The translations under genes and the position numbers were made by a program. A stretch of 64,000 nucleotides of DNA. It comes from a bacterium (GTDB lineage Bacteria > Zhuqueibacterota > Zhuqueibacteria > Oceanimicrobiales > Oceanimicrobiaceae). Under the pieces are notes generated by a model that was not told the origin of the DNA, searched no databases, and saw nothing but the letters and a program-made list of their open reading frames with translations. Within the stretch, counting starts at the first letter, position 1. Each line of letters starts with the position of its first letter. This document shows positions 48,383 to 57,654 of the stretch, piece by piece. The stretch is taken from NCBI GenBank assembly GCA_046758365.1, contig JBHIAC010000002.1, positions 25,920 to 89,919 of the forward strand. The letters are read 5' to 3'.

Positions 48383-48613
48383 ATTAAAAGAATAATAAAA
48401 CAGTATGTGGAAAGACTTGAAAAGGCTGGCATTGAGGTCGACAAGATTCTATTATATGGTTATTACGCCCGAAAAGGCGCTGACGAGCACAGCGATCTTG
48501 ATCTGGCGATAATTTCCTCGTAGTTCAAAGATAGAGATATTCTTAATAGAAAAATATTACTCTCCAAAGCAAATACATGGGGGTTGAACACAGCCATTGA
48601 GCCTCTGGGTTAA
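48383..48613 (+). pseudogene. Minimal nucleotidyltransferase (MNT) pseudogene
   Basis: Own translation: IKQYVERLEKAGIEVDKILLYGYYARKGADEHSDLDLAIISS*FKDRDILNRKILLSKANTWGLNTAIEPLG*. No in-frame start, TAG at 48521, GS motif changed to GY. Confidence 0.8.
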
Positions 48614-48627
48614 AATAGAAAATAAAT

Positions 48628-48656
48628 AGCCGCCGGACATTGAGCGTTCAGCGGCT
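48628..48656. terminator. Likely bidirectional terminator hairpin downstream of pspA
   Basis: AGCCGC...GCGGCT stem flanked by an A-rich run on the left and a T-rich run on the right. Confidence 0.55.
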
Positions 48657-48774
48657 TATCTTTTGATGAGATATCAGCCCGGGACACCTTGAAATCATGT
48701 TTATACGCAGAATGAAACCTTGTTTACGCTGTTGCTTCTTTAAGGTTCATTCGCTGGTAAGCAGTCTTAACCGG

Positions 48775-49485
48775 TTATTTATCTATTCCCATCTTCTTTT
48801 TCATGGCTGCAAGAGAATCGGCTGTCTTGGCTGAGGAGGGGGCTTCCAGGGCTTTGTCGATTTCCTCGTCCACGCCTAAACTAACCTCTGATAATTCACC
48901 ATAGGCTTCAGCCAAAGATTCCTCTTCCATGACTTTATTCTTCATTTTTTCAAGCGTGGCTATAGTTCCGGACGAATCTACATTGGCCAGTTGCTGATTT
49001 ATTTTACGCATGGAAGCAGCGGTCCTCGCTCTTGCCCGTAACGTAATCAGCTCATTCTCGTACCGTGAGACGGTTTGTTTAAGCTTTTCAACTTTAGCTT
49101 GAAGCTGATCCGCCATCTGCTGCTGTTGTTTATGATCAGTCTGTAAGGTGGAAGCCCTGGTCATGGCCTCTTCTTTTTTATTTAACGCCTGTGTCGCTAA
49201 GCGGTCTGCCTCGGCTTGCTCAAGTTCACCATTTTGCAATTTCTGAAGTAGTAACATAGCCTTTCTTTCGTAGTCTTGGGCCAATTTCTTTTGGTCATCA
49301 GCATCCTTTTTTAACCGAATAGAGGCCGCTTTAACCTGCGCTAGGGAAGTCATAGAATTCTGCAAATCTTTCTTTAAATCACGAATTCCTTGTTCAGTCA
49401 TTTTAATGGGATCCTCAAGTTTATCCACAACTGAATGGGCCTGGGCTTGCCCAACTTTAAAAATTCTCTGAAACACACTCGCCAT
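48775..49485 (-). CDS. pspA: PspA/IM30 family protein (YjfJ-like paralogue, bacterial ESCRT-III)
   Basis: MASVFQRIF, KLEDPIKMTEQGIRDL, long coiled coil, LEKMKNKV..EESLAEAY, LAAMKKKMG. Confidence 0.93.
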   Translation of the reverse strand: MASVFQRIFKVGQAQAHSVVDKLEDPIKMTEQGIRDLKKDLQNSMTSLAQVKAASIRLKKDADDQKKLAQDYERKAMLLLQKLQNGELEQAEADRLATQALNKKEEAMTRASTLQTDHKQQQQMADQLQAKVEKLKQTVSRYENELITLRARARTAASMRKINQQLANVDSSGTIATLEKMKNKVMEEESLAEAYGELSEVSLGVDEEIDKALEAPSSAKTADSLAAMKKKMGIDK

Positions 49486-49516
49486 TTTTATGCCTCCTGT
49501 ATTTATTTAATTCATT

Positions 49517-49912
49517 CTAATGTTTTGAATATTCTAATAATTCTCCGCCATACTCTGCCAATCCCAGAGAAAGCGCTCGAATGGAACCTTCTAACTCATT
49601 CCGATCAATATTTTCCAATTGTAGTGTATCCCGGAAGAAAACATATTTGCCTTCTTCGTCAAGCACAAAAGCACCGTGGACTAAAGAACGGTTCATCTGA
49701 AGTAGGCGTTTGAAAAAATCCCTTGGCTCTTTTGGAACCTTCATGATGAGTTGCTCAAGTACCACGATCGGAGGTTCACAATCAATTATAAGATTTCTGA
49801 TACCGCTATCCTCGTCCTCCACAATCACCAACTCCTCAGATTCGTCTTCGTCGACTACCTTTAAATCAAAATCAAGAAGGTAGTTTTTGATTAAATTTAG
49901 GTTTTCTGACAT
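49517..49912 (-). CDS. YbjN/CesT-like (type III secretion chaperone fold) protein
   Basis: FFKRLLQMNRSLVHGAFVLD, FRDTLQLENID; small and acidic; adjacent to pspA. Confidence 0.8.
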   Translation of the reverse strand: MSENLNLIKNYLLDFDLKVVDEDESEELVIVEDEDSGIRNLIIDCEPPIVVLEQLIMKVPKEPRDFFKRLLQMNRSLVHGAFVLDEEGKYVFFRDTLQLENIDRNELEGSIRALSLGLAEYGGELLEYSKH

Positions 49913-49993
49913 ATTTATTCCTCCTATCTTTTTTATAGCAATTTCAAAATGATTATTTTTTGTCTAATATCAATTTGTAAAGCATCGTTCATT

Positions 49994-50365
49994 TCACTTT
50001 TTTAGCTGCTTTTCCAATTCTTCGTAGGCATGGTTTAGTCCTTGTGTTAACTCATTGGCAATTTGTCGCTTTTCTGCATCTTGGGAGTGGACATCTGGAT
50101 GATACTTCTTGACTAATTGCTTCCAAGCCTGCCGCACGGTCTTAAGGTCCGATCCGTAAGGTACTTCTAGATTTTCATAGTAGCCAGCAAGCACAGGATC
50201 GTCGTTGTGGCGATGATGCCGGGCCTGAGATTTACCAAATGTTTTATTTCCTTCAGTATATTTAAAATATTCATGATGGTCAGGATTAGCCCCAAAATTA
50301 TCATCATCATCAGAAAAAGAGAGATGAGCACGTAGAATATTGATCAGACGGGAAAATATACTCAT
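49994..50365 (-). CDS. J-domain (DnaJ-type) co-chaperone with N-terminal amphipathic helix
   Basis: YYENLEV...KKYHPD...LNHAYEEL at the C-terminus; N-terminus MSIFSRLINILRAHLS. Confidence 0.9.
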   Translation of the reverse strand: MSIFSRLINILRAHLSFSDDDDNFGANPDHHEYFKYTEGNKTFGKSQARHHRHNDDPVLAGYYENLEVPYGSDLKTVRQAWKQLVKKYHPDVHSQDAEKRQIANELTQGLNHAYEELEKQLKK

Positions 50366-50403
50366 TGTTTAACAACCCCAAATTAGATAATGATTATGTT
50401 TTG

Positions 50404-51429
50404 TCATAAAAGAGATTGTGGTTTTCCTTCTGAGATAACAATTAAATAATCACCAGCCGCAACTTTGTAATCCACAGGCGGATTTGATATAACCTCGCCT
50501 TCATTTCCTTTTTGGACAGCTAAGATAATGCTTTGGTTTGACTGTTTCATTTCAGTAAAAATTTCAATAAAACTTTTTCCCTGCATGGACTGGGGTACTG
50601 GAATTTTAAACAGATCATTTCCAAAGCGAGAACTTAACAGTTCAGACAAAACTTTCGAAATACCGTGATCGAGCGTTGCTCTGGAAATCAGTTTGCTACT
50701 GAACTCGCTGCCCACGATAATTTCATCGGCGTTAGCGCGTTCGCAGTGTTGTACGTTGGTGCCGTCTACCAGTTCCACAATCGTGTAAACATTAGGATTC
50801 AAACTCTCGACCGTCAATGTGATCAGAACTGCCTTGGCATCCCGTGCGTTAGCCTCAAGTTGGTCATCGCCTAATATTACTACCGTTTTGGCTTTTTCAA
50901 GGTTTGCACGCTTCAGATTTTCCTCAGTAATGCTGCCCTGAATGAAGAATAGGTTTTTGTCGTCAACAGGTTTCACGTCAATTTCGGCAATCAAAATGAT
51001 AGGAGCTGTCTCAATTCTGTGATCCATTCGAAGTTCATGGAGAATTTCCCGCGCTCGATAATTCCATTCACAAAGAATGATATGGTTTTCAAAATCGTAG
51101 GAGCGCATACCCCGCTCTTCCTTCATTTTTTTTTCTACAAATATGCTGGCAATCGTTGCCGTAAACAACCCTAAAATGCCAATGCCAAAAAACATAATGA
51201 GTGCACCAATAATACGGCCACCTAAAGATTGTGGTGTAATGTCACCGTAACCAACCGTAGTAATAGTTACAACGCTCCACCATACAGCCTCGATTAAAGA
51301 TTTGCGTTCGAATAATGCAAGACCCAAAGTACTTAAAAAAATTAAAACCACCAGAATCAATAGTAATCGGTGCAAATTCTCCCGCTGTAAAAATAATAAA
51401 ATACGCTTAATTTTTGTTTTCATTCTCAT
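50404..51429 (-). CDS. Two-TM potassium channel with RCK (TrkA-N/C) domains
   Basis: TTVGYGD selectivity filter, NHIILC, RANLEKA, SNPP...GD. Confidence 0.95.
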   Translation of the reverse strand: MRMKTKIKRILLFLQRENLHRLLLILVVLIFLSTLGLALFERKSLIEAVWWSVVTITTVGYGDITPQSLGGRIIGALIMFFGIGILGLFTATIASIFVEKKMKEERGMRSYDFENHIILCEWNYRAREILHELRMDHRIETAPIILIAEIDVKPVDDKNLFFIQGSITEENLKRANLEKAKTVVILGDDQLEANARDAKAVLITLTVESLNPNVYTIVELVDGTNVQHCERANADEIIVGSEFSSKLISRATLDHGISKVLSELLSSRFGNDLFKIPVPQSMQGKSFIEIFTEMKQSNQSIILAVQKGNEGEVISNPPVDYKVAAGDYLIVISEGKPQSLL

Positions 51430-51453
51430 TTTGCTGTTATATTCCTACTGATT

Positions 51454-53061
51454 TTAGTAGAAGTCCCACGCACCGTTTCTATAATAATGGTACACAGCCA
51501 AATCCAGTTCATCGTTTACTGCAACTTCTTCGAGCCTTTCAACCATCCCTTTGCCAAAATTAAGCATGCTGATCATTGCTTCCTGATTCAAAAATTTAGT
51601 TTCAATATGTGAATAGTTTAATTCAGACAGACGAGCTTTTAATGAAGGGGGTTCAATACTCTTTGCATTGAAGCCTAAAACCCAACCCCATTCACCCAGC
51701 GTTGGAATGTGATTGTGGTAGGCAACAGCAGGTATTCCGGCAGCGCGCATGGTCTTTAAAATTGACAAAAAGGCGTTTTTTGAAAATAAAGGGCTGGTGG
51801 CTTGAGTGACGATCGTTCCACCCTTAGATAAATGGCGTAAAGCCAACTGGTAAAATTGTCGGGTATAGAGTCGGGCTAGCCCAACTGTTTTTGGGTCTGG
51901 AAGATCTATGATAATCACATCATACAGAGTGTCATCCTCCTTTAGATAAGCGAAAGCATCTCGGTTTACTACACGTACACATGGATTATTCAACGACCCA
52001 TCATTGAGCTGAAGAAAAATAGGATGCTTCTGACCAAGTTCCGTCATAGCGGGATCGATATCCACTAAAATCACACTCTTCACCTCGGGATATTTTAGGA
52101 CTTCCCGAGCCGCTAAACCATCGCCTCCTCCCAATATCAAAATACGTTCCCGCGATGCACTCAGATTCAAAGCAGGATGGACTAGAGGTTCATGGTATCT
52201 TTCTTCATCGTAGCTGCTAAACTGTTCGTTGCCGTTCAAGTAAAGCCAGTAATCATCTTTCCACTGGGTTATCACAATGCGTTGATATGGAGTTTGCTGC
52301 TGGTAAATAACCCGATCTTTATATTTTTTCTGCTCACCATATAGCACAATCGGCTCAGAAATAAAAACCAGTATGCTAAGAAAAATGGGTACGAGCAAAA
52401 ATCCAATGGTTAGAAGCTTCTGGTACTTTAGAAGACTCCGGTAACGTAAAAACAAGGCTGAAGCTACTAAAAAATTAATGGTGCCCAAAACGATTGGCGT
52501 GTAAGTTAAACCCAATCGGGGAAGTGCTACAAAAGCAAACAGCAGTCCGCCCAGAAGCGCACCGTAATAATCATTTTCCATGACAGAGCTGATGTTTACA
52601 CGGAGCTCCTCGAAAAAATCATTGAGACGCGTTGCCAGTGGAATTTCTAACCCAATTAAAATACCAATGGTAATAGAGGTAAAATAGATTATTGGAGCAA
52701 TATTTTGGATATAAGCCGAAAGAAAATATGTCAACGCAGCACTTATGGCACAAAGCACAGAAAGAACAAATTCAACCAGCACAAAGGTGTCAAGTAGCGG
52801 ACCCCGGAAATATTTGCTTAAGCGACTCCCAATCCCCATGGCAAAAAGCATCATAGAGACGGTGAGTGTCCATTGCAGTACGGCGTTTCCAAGCAGATAG
52901 CTGGCTAAAGTGGACAAAACGTACTCGGCAACAATTCCAGATAGACCCGTTGCGAAAATGCATGCTTTAAGCACAAAGCTACGATTAAATCGACGATTCT
53001 CACCTCGAGAATTTCCCCTGATCGGAGCTTCAGGTGTCTTTATGTCTAAGGATGCACGCAT
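51454..53061 (-). CDS. speE: Membrane-fused polyamine aminopropyltransferase (spermidine synthase-like)
   Basis: About 7 N-terminal TMs; TPYQRI, DEERYHEPLVHP, LGGGDG, VDID, DLPDP. Confidence 0.88.
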   Translation of the reverse strand: MRASLDIKTPEAPIRGNSRGENRRFNRSFVLKACIFATGLSGIVAEYVLSTLASYLLGNAVLQWTLTVSMMLFAMGIGSRLSKYFRGPLLDTFVLVEFVLSVLCAISAALTYFLSAYIQNIAPIIYFTSITIGILIGLEIPLATRLNDFFEELRVNISSVMENDYYGALLGGLLFAFVALPRLGLTYTPIVLGTINFLVASALFLRYRSLLKYQKLLTIGFLLVPIFLSILVFISEPIVLYGEQKKYKDRVIYQQQTPYQRIVITQWKDDYWLYLNGNEQFSSYDEERYHEPLVHPALNLSASRERILILGGGDGLAAREVLKYPEVKSVILVDIDPAMTELGQKHPIFLQLNDGSLNNPCVRVVNRDAFAYLKEDDTLYDVIIIDLPDPKTVGLARLYTRQFYQLALRHLSKGGTIVTQATSPLFSKNAFLSILKTMRAAGIPAVAYHNHIPTLGEWGWVLGFNAKSIEPPSLKARLSELNYSHIETKFLNQEAMISMLNFGKGMVERLEEVAVNDELDLAVYHYYRNGAWDFY

Positions 53062-53267
53062 CTAAATTAATCGTTCTATTTTTTTATGTTAAATGAGTTG
53101 AGCCTACCTAAAAAATCTCCTTAAATCTCCTATTCATTAGAAGCAACCAAAGAGAAGTTTTTTTCTCACTGATGGTACTCATAACACACTCAAAGAATTA
53201 TTATTTTCATAGAGTTGTTCAATATCAATATTTTCATGTGGCCTTTATTAAAATCCAGCATTTGACT

Positions 53268-54113
53268 CTATAAAACCCATCCAATCAGAAAAGAAGCCGC
53301 AATATACGAAAATGCCTCGATTGCACCAGCGCCCACATTTGGGACATCTTGCCCTACAAGCTCTTTGGTTAAGCGTTCCCCAGGAAGAAGTACTTTATCT
53401 GTAACCAGACGTATTACAGGAAGCATGATTAGACCAAAGGCAACGAAACCCACGAAATTCATCATGTTCACTTGCCAGGAGATAAAATCACCACCTACAC
53501 CTATGCGGATAACATTACCCAACGCAATAAGCATTCCAGCGAAAGCAACCCCAACTGCAACATTGTCTTTTTCAATTTCCTCGTGTACATCGAAAGGGGT
53601 GATAAAATTATATATTAGTCCAGCTCCTATTAATACGATTTGTCCTAGAATCCAAAATGCTGCGGCCGTAACCAAATCTCCTCCCTCACCTGAAATAGCG
53701 CCATAGATTATGAGACCAACTGCAATGTGGTTGGCAGCTTCGATTACTCCAGTGCCAACATTGCGATCTTGGATAATCTCCTTAACGTTGTCAAATTTAT
53801 ACATAATGATTTTGTCATTGATGAAGGAAGAAAGATTTAACAGTATAATCGAGATGGCACCGTAGATAAGAATATCAATCATGTCATCCACCCAGCCAGA
53901 GGAAGGACCTATGAGAATACCGCCAATGGCAAACACTAATCCAAGATAATATCCAATCACAGCCAAAGCAAGGGCAAAATTATCCTTTTGTAGTAGCTCT
54001 TCTCGCAAAACAAATTTCCGATTAACTTTGTCATAGACAAATTTTCCGACAAAAAAAATAAAAAATACAGCAATAAGATAAACTAATGCGGTTACCACTT
54101 CATCAATGGTCAT
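53268..54113 (-). CDS. Double DUF350 (YjfL-like) membrane protein
   Basis: Repeated units ELLQKDNFALA, EIIQDRNVGTG, EIEKDNVAVG, PNVGAG between TM pairs. Confidence 0.88.
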   Translation of the reverse strand: MTIDEVVTALVYLIAVFFIFFVGKFVYDKVNRKFVLREELLQKDNFALALAVIGYYLGLVFAIGGILIGPSSGWVDDMIDILIYGAISIILLNLSSFINDKIIMYKFDNVKEIIQDRNVGTGVIEAANHIAVGLIIYGAISGEGGDLVTAAAFWILGQIVLIGAGLIYNFITPFDVHEEIEKDNVAVGVAFAGMLIALGNVIRIGVGGDFISWQVNMMNFVGFVAFGLIMLPVIRLVTDKVLLPGERLTKELVGQDVPNVGAGAIEAFSYIAASFLIGWVL

Positions 54114-54177
54114 GGTTACCTCCGTTTCCTCTAATTATTATTAGCTGTTAGCAATTAGTTCAAGCATTGATTTATAA

Positions 54178-54897
54178 CTATTTACCAAATCCTCCGCTAC
54201 GTCTCCGAAGCCCACTCATTCTACTTCGGCGTGCTCTATTTTTAACCCTCTGGGAGAAGCGAGCTTTCTTGGCCAACTCCTTTTGTTTGCGTCGTTCAAA
54301 AAATGATTTGTTAGTATGCTTCGTATACGATCCATTTGTGCCATACTCACGATTAGGGCCGTAATAGGGTGTACCTCGGGAGCGGTAATCCCGATAAGTA
54401 TTCCAGTCAGAACGGTAAATGGGTCGGCCAAACATGCCGAACATATGACTAAAAAATGCATATTTACCATAAAATTCCCAAAACGAATTGCCACGTTCAT
54501 CACGCCGCCAGTTACCATATCTGGGATCCCCAACGTATTGATACCCGGGCGGATACTGTGCGTTAGTTACCTCACTATCACGCGATTTTGAAGCAAGTAC
54601 CATACCCAAATAGTTTCTGTACTTTTCATACTCTCGCTTATTCACCTTATCCCAATCGGAGATTTGACTTTGGTATATCAAGCTATCGGGATTTCCAATC
54701 TTCTCCGCATACACGATTTTGTAGCGATGAAAATAATCCTTGAAAAAATTACCCTCTTCTTTCATATCTTCCAAAATGATTGAATACTCAGGGTACTTAT
54801 CCAATTGCCGTCTAAGGCGTTCAATAGGGGTAGATGAAGCACAGGATATGGTCAATAAGGCTAAGAGCAACCATAAAATATTAGATTTTTTTTTCAC
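54178..54897 (-). CDS. Lipoprotein with Arg/Gly-rich C-terminal tail ending SGGFGK
   Basis: Lipobox TISC; PPGYQYVGDPRYGNW, SFWEFYGKYAF; basic tail. Confidence 0.85.
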   Translation of the reverse strand: MKKKSNILWLLLALLTISCASSTPIERLRRQLDKYPEYSIILEDMKEEGNFFKDYFHRYKIVYAEKIGNPDSLIYQSQISDWDKVNKREYEKYRNYLGMVLASKSRDSEVTNAQYPPGYQYVGDPRYGNWRRDERGNSFWEFYGKYAFFSHMFGMFGRPIYRSDWNTYRDYRSRGTPYYGPNREYGTNGSYTKHTNKSFFERRKQKELAKKARFSQRVKNRARRSRMSGLRRRSGGFGK

Positions 54898-54970
54898 GTC
54901 TGAACCCTCCTTTTAGATTTTAATACCTAAGTCCCTATAAAATAAATTTCTATTGCGAGGCGAGGTCCTC

Positions 54971-55516
54971 TCATACAATTTCCCCCGGCAAAATATTTGA
55001 AAACTGATACTCTTCAACATAATAGCCTTCTGCGGCCTCAAAATCGGTTTCACCCCATTGTTCGATGGTCAGAAAATGCTCGTCCTCCTCATCAATAAAG
55101 TCCCAATAAACAAACTCCTTCGCTGCCCCTTGACCCCCTTCATACAAATAACCCGTCCCTGATTCATCCAGATAATATTTCTTTCCTTTGCAAACCACCT
55201 GTGAGGGCGGGTCGTCGTGTTCTATAATATATTTACGAATATCCCCTTCAATTGCTCCAATGGGAATCTTTTTAGCTAAATTCCATTCAACTTCGTCGTC
55301 TTCGGAACGCTCTAAATACCATTTTTCTCGACCAGTTGTGAGTTCCCACTCGTCAGTAATATAACCTTCCCCATAGTCGTACTTATTGTAGTCTGTCACT
55401 TCCCAAGTTGTCATATCGTAATCGACAAAAAACCCAACGCGGAGCTTGGAGAGCTCAAGATCTTTGAGAGGATCAAATTCATCTTCCTTTTTCTTAAATA
55501 AATCTTTTAATCCCAT
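54971..55516 (-). CDS. DUF4178-domain protein
   Basis: MGLKDLFKK, LRVG, EWEL, WYLE, YYLDESG, YWDF, LTIEQW; highly acidic. Confidence 0.85.
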   Translation of the reverse strand: MGLKDLFKKKEDEFDPLKDLELSKLRVGFFVDYDMTTWEVTDYNKYDYGEGYITDEWELTTGREKWYLERSEDDEVEWNLAKKIPIGAIEGDIRKYIIEHDDPPSQVVCKGKKYYLDESGTGYLYEGGQGAAKEFVYWDFIDEEDEHFLTIEQWGETDFEAAEGYYVEEYQFSNILPGEIV

Positions 55517-55581
55517 AGAGTAAATACTCCTTTTGAATTCTAATATTCTTTCTTCTACCCGCTGTTAACTTTAAATATACA

Positions 55582-55610
55582 AATATAGTCTAAAATACGA
55601 TCATAATCAA
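55582..55610 (-). promoter_or_regulatory. Sigma-70-type promoter of the DUF4178-to-pspA operon
   Basis: TTGATT-N17-TATATT. Confidence 0.55.
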
Positions 55611-55660
55611 GAATTGTTAAAAATTTCTTTTTTCTACTTACCTAACTTAAATCACACCAA

Positions 55661-55799
55661 ACATAACATGATGTGATATGTACAGACCTGTCGCTTTAAC
55701 CTGTCGATTGCACTGTTTTTTATAAACGGCATGACAAACGATCATAAGTCTAAAGAGCCAGATGAGCTCCGTGACTGTAGTGCCTATACGCTGTTATAT
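55661..55799 (-). other. attC-like imperfect palindrome downstream of the GPP34 gene
   Basis: Minus strand ATATAAC-AGCGT-ATAGGCACTACAG ... CTGTACATAT-CACATCAT-GTTATGT, 139 bp. Confidence 0.35.
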
Positions 55800-55844
55800 G
55801 CCTTTCCCAAGTGGATTTTTATTTACCCAGCAATCACTCTCAAA

Positions 55845-56522
55845 TTAACACGATGATGATGAGGAAGATGCCACAACTGTTGCTGCAATTGCTGCGCTAA
55901 TGGCAACTTGAATTCCTGCAACTGTATCAGAGACCGCCATACCAATAAGATTACTTTTTGCAATTTCTTTTACTCGTTTTCGAGCAACCTTGCGTTCTTC
56001 CCGCGAAAAGATCTCACCAACAAGATTGCATGCGTTAACTAAGCTAATCAGCACTGCCATCCTAGGTTCGGGAGTTTTTCCATCAAGAATTATGGCACGG
56101 ATACCATCTCTCACCTCCTGCTCCACTTTAGCATCCTCAGTCGGGTAGCGTTGGGATGGGAAAACCCACAAAATGCGATGTTCTTCTTTTTTCAGAATGC
56201 CTTTATGAATAAGTCGGTTTAACAAGCGTTCCTTGAGATTCTTGATTTCTCTACTTAGTTTACTAACCCAATATTGGGCATTCCTCTTTCGTTTGGAGTG
56301 CTTTATTATGGTTAATGCTTCGTCAAGAATATCATCACCTGTTGGTGTCGCATCAACTACCACTAGATTCTTCTTATCAATGTGAAGCCTACCCATGAGC
56401 GAGAGTTCCATGAGGACTGCACCAGACAGCCCATACTGTAATGACATAGAAGCGGATGAAAGGACTGTGCCTTTTTCGTCATGCCATGATAGTAGTAATA
56501 ATTCTTCTGCTAAGCTAATCAT
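55845..56522 (-). CDS. GPP34 (GOLPH3/Vps74-like) family protein
   Basis: SLAEELLLL, LSGAVLMELSLMGR, PTGDDILDEAL, RLIHKGIL, RILWVFPSQRYP hairpin. Confidence 0.9.
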   Translation of the reverse strand: MISLAEELLLLSWHDEKGTVLSSASMSLQYGLSGAVLMELSLMGRLHIDKKNLVVVDATPTGDDILDEALTIIKHSKRKRNAQYWVSKLSREIKNLKERLLNRLIHKGILKKEEHRILWVFPSQRYPTEDAKVEQEVRDGIRAIILDGKTPEPRMAVLISLVNACNLVGEIFSREERKVARKRVKEIAKSNLIGMAVSDTVAGIQVAISAAIAATVVASSSSSSC

Positions 56523-56574
56523 AATCTACGCAAATTTATTTATAATCCATATTACGAATATTTATATATCTAAA

Positions 56575-56603
56575 AATATACATAAATCCCTTTGAAAAGT
56601 CAA
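56575..56603 (-). promoter_or_regulatory. Sigma-70-type promoter of the GPP34 gene
   Basis: TTGACT-N17-TATATT. Confidence 0.6.
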
Positions 56604-56649
56604 TATAAAGGTAATGATGAAATAATTATGTTCAAAATTCAAATTTTCT

Positions 56650-57354
56650 TTATGGTTTCTTTTGTGCTTTTTTTAACCTTTCAAGTTCTTTTTCAACGGT
56701 CTTAGCTTTTTCATGTTTCTCAAGTTCACGCTCATTTTGTAAATCCATGTTGAGTAACTCATTTGCTGCTTCAGCTTCTGATTCCAATTTTAAGATGGCT
56801 TCTTCATAGGATTCAAGATTTTTTTGGGATTCATTAAAGTTTAATATTGATTTAGCCGTTGTGCCTAAAGCTTCGGTAGCAATACTTATCGATTTTTGAG
56901 TGCTTAATTTTGCTTTAGCCGCTCGTTTTCGACGAATCAATTCTTCTTTCTTACGTCGGGCTTCTTGCACTTGGTCTTCTAATTTCGCCAAATCAGATTT
57001 TAGTTGTTCAACTGTTTCAGCAGCGCTTTGCAATTCTGGTTTTAGATTTACTCGCCTTTCTTCATTATCAAGTTTTTTGGTAATAATTTTTCTGGCCAAT
57101 TCTTCTTCATTTTTATTTAATGCAAGTTTCGCTTTCTCTTCCAAATCTTTCGCCAGGTCTGTTGCCGCCTGAATTTGCTTCTCAACTTGTTTTTGGTGAG
57201 CTAAAGCCCGAACCGTTTCCTTACGTAGTTCAATGATGCTTTCTTCCATGTCACGAATAATTTGTTTAACCATCACTTCAGGCTCTTCAGCCTGATCTAG
57301 TAGGTGATTTATATTAGCTGTGATAAGTTCAGAGATTCGTTTTAGTAAATTCAT
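56650..57354 (-). CDS. pspA: Phage shock protein A (PspA/IM30, canonical type)
   Basis: MNLLKRISELITANINHLLDQAEEPEVMVKQIIRDME, KAKLALNKNEEELAR; GAGGTG SD. Confidence 0.95.
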   Translation of the reverse strand: MNLLKRISELITANINHLLDQAEEPEVMVKQIIRDMEESIIELRKETVRALAHQKQVEKQIQAATDLAKDLEEKAKLALNKNEEELARKIITKKLDNEERRVNLKPELQSAAETVEQLKSDLAKLEDQVQEARRKKEELIRRKRAAKAKLSTQKSISIATEALGTTAKSILNFNESQKNLESYEEAILKLESEAEAANELLNMDLQNERELEKHEKAKTVEKELERLKKAQKKP

Positions 57355-57600
57355 CTTGTCACCTCTTTTTTGAATAATAAATAAATATAAGGCCCTTGAC
57401 TAAAAATTTGATCGATTTTCCAATTAATTTTTTTTCGACTCATTATTCTTTTTCTTATTTCAATTTTTAAATCTCCTGATGAATTAAAAGCATGAATAGA
57501 GATCTTTTCTTCATAGCTATTCAAAATTTTCTCCTGATTTTTATTTTCTAAAAAATAACTATGCAAATTCTAACAGGGTTATTCTTACAATCGCGAGAAT

Positions 57601-57616
57601 TGCAAGAGATGTGCCA
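57601..57616 (-). promoter_or_regulatory. Sigma-54 (-24/-12) promoter for pspA
   Basis: TGGCAC-ATCTC-TTGCA, exact match to the TGGCAC-N5-TTGCW consensus. Confidence 0.9.
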
Positions 57617-57654
57617 GTAGTAAGTATTTGATTTTAATGGAGTGGGAATAGGCA

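Noticed and set aside
48521..48523. In-frame TAG in the MNT frame as pyrrolysine or read-through
   Set aside because: The frame also lacks a start and has a damaged GS motif, so pseudogenisation is the simpler explanation.
57351..57566. 71 aa ORF upstream of pspA as a confident gene
   Set aside because: Very AT-rich, no SD, no recognisable motif; mentioned only as a possible leader ORF.
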